A DNA stretch of 64,000 nucleotides, taken from Raja brachyura. Taxonomy: Eukaryota. Where the stretch lies: assembly GCA_963514005.1 (NCBI GenBank), contig OY740816.1, positions 18,352,001 to 18,416,000 of the forward strand, read 5' to 3'. Shown in pieces: positions 59,816-64,000 of this stretch; positions within the stretch are counted from its first letter, which is position 1, and every line of letters begins with the position of its first letter. The notes beneath the pieces are model-generated. The model saw only the letters and a program-made list of their open reading frames with translations, searched no databases and was not told where the DNA came from. A program made the translations under genes and the position numbers.

Positions 59816-61007
59816 TTTGATGTCACCTCTTGTCAGAAGTCTCTCTCTCTCTCTCATTTGCTTTAAAACTTAGTGAATGTGGACTCATTTTATGCCCAAT
59901 TTTTTCTGGCATTGCTGGCCACAATTTTGAGGAAGAACCCATTGAAATTACCTCGGGTGTGGTCTAGAGCTCCCAAGATTGGTTGGTCTACTCGAGATGT
60001 ATTTAGTAGAGATCAACACAACATTCTCCGAATGGTCTCCAAAATTGTTAAAACCTAGATCTTCCAGAAGTCAATAGCATCACCTGTAATTCAGATCAAC
60101 GTTTTTTAAAATCGCAACAAAATCACAGTTTGGCAGTTGTATATGATTAGCATCATTGGAAGCAAGATAGCATAATTGGAAGCCAAGATAAAATATGGGA
60201 AATGTTTGCAACTAAATGTTTGTCTTTATAAACAGCTGGTATTAACTAACGTGGAACCGTGGGTAAAATTGCTGTTGCCTTACACACAGATGAAGCTCTC
60301 AGCCGGTTTCTTTAAACAGTGCTCAAAAATAATGATTTCTTTCAGCTGAAATTCACTCATTCATTAATAGTAAGATGCCATCAATTATAGATTCTATCAG
60401 CATTGCAGATTACATCCCAGGTTCAATTCCCAGCCTAGGCTGAGTTACTAATTTAATTTGGGCGATTCTGGATACAATTAGCCTTATAATCCCTGTCCTG
60501 GGGATGGGAATTTAAACCATAACTCCTGCTCCTGATCAATATCTCAGGATGCATGCTGAAATGTGCACATTTTTAGTCGTGGACTTAGGACAGAATCATT
60601 TGTGACATCCCACAATATGGAGCAGTCTGCAAGCACACTGGTTGCCCTTGCACCAAAAGGAAAAGTTGTCTGTTTTGTTAGCAAGATGGAAGAAATTCTG
60701 TGTCATGCTCCTTGTCTCCTGATAGTTTTGCAGGATATTGGGGGATTGTTAATGTTCATAAGTGATCAGAACAGAATTGGGCCATTTGGCCCATCAAGTC
60801 TACCCTCACCAATCAATCATGGCTGATCTATCTTTTCCTCTTAACCCCATTCTCCTACCTTCTCCCCATAACCTCTGACACCTGCACTAATCAAGAATCT
60901 AGCTATCTCTGCCACAGACTTGCTCGTTGGTGGTCATTTATTTAAACTGTACCTCTTTGAAATGTATGTGTCAAATGCAAATAGGATTGGTTCTACCGAT
61001 GATTCAA

Positions 61008-61300
61008 AGGGCGGCGCAATGGTAGAGTTGCTGCCTTACAGCACCAGAGACTACGATCCTGACTGTATGTCTGTATATGTCTGTATGGAGTTTGTATGGT
61101 CTCCTCATGACCTGCGTGGGTTTTCTCCAGGAGCTCCAGGTTCCTCCCACATTCCAAAGACGTACAGGTTCGTTGGTTAATTGGCATGGTAAAATTATAA
61201 AATTGTCCCTAGAATAGTGTTAGCGTGTGCGGATAGCTGATCGGCACGGACTCGGTGGCTGGAAGGCTTGCTTCCGTGCTGTATCTCTAAACTAAACTAA
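61008..61300 (+). mobile_element. HE1-type SINE
   Basis: ggtagagttgctgccttacagcaccagagac..ggttcctcccacattccaaagacgt..ctctaaactaaactaa. Confidence 0.85.
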
Positions 61301-63619
61301 GTTAAATTGAATACTTAAGCTCACAGGACGGAAGACATCAAAGGCCATGGAATTATTTGCAAGAATGTGGTGTGGCTGGAGAACTTTCAAAAGATAAATA
61401 CATAACCAACATTTTCATTATTTGAGCTGAACCTTGTAAAATTCCCTTAAGGTAAAAGCTACAGGGCCTGGCCACCTTACAACCTCAGAGCTGGCAAGAA
61501 AAGTCGCTCAATTCTTCTTTCTCTCCAGATAGTAAGGGTGCTGATACTGGAACCGCCTCTCAAGTGCAAATTTGTTTCCATGGGGACACATTGATGGCTA
61601 AACACGATGCTCCAAATAACTTGTATTCATGAGCAAGAAAATGATAACTGGTTGGCATAGGATGGTGAAAAGGGGATGAGCAGACGGATGTACTATGGGC
61701 AGCGGGGTGGCATAGTTAGACAATTGATGCAGTGTGCATCCTCACCAATTGGCAAGTTCTTCCAGACTGGCTTCTGGAAACTGACCCATTTATTATCTTA
61801 ATAAGGTTCGTGTGACAGTGCTCAAGCTCGCTGACCTGGTTCCCATCCAAGACAGCCATGCTGCTGTGTGAAGCAGTACAATCGCCGCCTCTGAGGGCAG
61901 CGCTTTTGCTGCGTTGCGCCCTGTCAACACCCTTGCATTTTCCAACTTCTGCTCATTGTCTGAGACAGAATGAATACAAGCCACCACCTCCTACCCCACC
62001 GAAAATAAACAAGAGCACAGCCTGAGCTGTCAAAACCAATCACCTTTATGAAGACCATTTGCCTGTTTGTCAGTTGACATTAGACTGGGTCACTGCCCTT
62101 GGTTTCCACCTTAGAACATATACCCATTTTAATTTGACATTGCATCGCAAAGTTATGTGGTCCTGACCAATCTGTGGATACGTAACAGAAATCAGTATGA
62201 ATCTCTTGATAATCACATAGCCAATAGATAAATTCACCTCTACTCCGAGCTGGCTTTTGTCACTAACGGCCTGGAAAACAATGTGAGTTCATTGGGTTAT
62301 TCGTTCTTGGACCTAAATACAAATTACATCAGCACAAAGCATTACTATTAGAATGAGTGACTGTTTAAAAGGAAGGAGACGTTCCCAGAAAGCACTCTAC
62401 TTACCTTGAATTTCTTCTTGCGGGCAGTGAAATTTCACCACAGCGGATTACTGGCATTTCTCACTTTCACTGAGAAAGAGCATTGAAAAAGGAAAAAGTA
62501 GAAGAGGTTTTCTGGAGAGATCCATGCCTTAACTTAACTCTGGAGAGTCCGCCTTAACTTACCTGATCTCCCAGTTGCTTAGCACTTTAACTACATTGCT
62601 GATTGATTTCAATATAATGCACTCAATTTTGAACTCCCAACATTACACCAAGAATCAAATTCTGTTTAGTTTAGAGATTTAGTTCAGAGATATATCACGG
62701 AAACAGGCAATTCAGCCCACTGATTTCATGCCAGCCATCAATCACCTGCTCACTCCATTTAGTTCTATGTTTTCCCATTTACACCCCTATGCACTAGGGC
62801 CAATTTACAGAGGCCCTACTAACCTGCACATTTTGTACAGAAGAGATGCTGCCTGTCCAGCTGAGTTACTCCAGCATTTTGTGTCTACCTTCGATTTAAA
62901 CCAGCATCTGCAGTTCTTTCCTACACATGTTGGGAAAAGGTTGGGGAGGATCATTGATTGACTTGGGGTTGGTTGGCAGATTGGTAGTGGGGGCAAGGGA
63001 GGTTATTCAGTAGGTTGGTAGGTGGGCAGGGTGGGAGGGGAGAGGGTAAATCCCTGGCCAGTGGAGATTTAATGTCACAGGAAAAGAAAGGGCTGTAAAA
63101 AAACACAGGAGATATGCAAATAACATGAGAGAAAAATGATGGGAGAAAGCTCCAGGAGGGATCTATGGTGGTGCAGGAAGATAGCTACTTCATTCTATTG
63201 TGTTTGTGATGTGGAGGAATTTGGTAAATTGGCTTCACAAAAGTTCTGAATGTGGTTTAAGGTGACGCTGGAGTTGTTCCAGACCTGGTGCATTACCACA
63301 AAGCATCGTTTCTGACCGAACTGTCAGCACAAACTCAAATATCACTGCACCTGACCTCTGCTGCAAATGTCAAAGAGTTCACTTCTCTGGCCCACTCAGC
63401 CTGTCACTTTGCGTAGAGTGAGTGTCAACAGAGTCATCAGGAGCCATTGGTATTTTTAACCCTTGTAAAAGCTGCTGAAGTCAGACAGCTGTGGCATGTC
63501 CTGATAAATCCTTCACTCTGCGGCCCAACAGAGGATTGACAAGTACTGCAGTATAAAAATACGCAGTTTATAAAATTATAAATCTTTGTTTCGATAGATA
63601 GTTCCTCCTTTTGATGAGG

Positions 63620-63940
63620 GAGGCACGGTGGCACAGCTGATGGAACTGCTGCCTCACAACGCGAGAGACTCGGGTTCAATTCCGACCTTGGATGCTGTCG
63701 GTGTGGAGTTTGCACGTTCTCCCTAACATTATGTACTTTCCCCCGGTACTCTAGTTTCCTCCCACATCCCAAATGTGCAGGCTTGTAGGGCCTCTGTAAA
63801 TTGCTCCTAAGGCATAGGGAGTAGATGCAAAAATGGGAAACATAGAACTAGAGTGAGCAGGTGATTGATGGATGGCAGGAACACGGTGGCTCAGTTGCCT
63901 GTTTCGGTGTTGTATCTCTAAACTAAATCTCTAAACTAAA
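63620..63940 (+). mobile_element. HE1-type SINE
   Basis: ggcacggtggcacagctg..gggttcaattcc (A/B boxes); ctctaaactaaa tail. Confidence 0.85.
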
Positions 63941-64000
63941 CAGAATTTGATTCTTGGTGTCATTTTTGGGAGTTCAAAATTGATTGCATTATATTGAAAT

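Overview
AT-rich, repeat-dense vertebrate genomic DNA. The HE1-type SINEs, HER1/CR1 LINEs and Penelope-derived repeats point to a cartilaginous fish, probably a skate or ray (inference). The main gene is a minus-strand NSP-family adaptor (SH2 plus RasGEF-like domain, best read as SH2D3A). I can splice its nine coding exons (26838 to 5897) in frame by hand to about 684 aa. Upstream, a CpG-island promoter (~54.3-54.6 kb) sits head-to-head with an intron-containing tRNA-Arg(TCT) gene. Introns hold a full-length but decayed Ty3/Gypsy LTR element with a tRNA-Ser primer site, about seven PIF/Harbinger-like MITEs, many CR1 and HE1 fragments and an internally deleted HERO-like element. They also hold about 30 Penelope-terminus repeats carrying a minimal hammerhead-ribozyme motif, a near-perfect 575-bp palindrome and several local inverted or direct duplications. 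There is one 135-N assembly gap. All family assignments are from recognition by eye; no database search was run.
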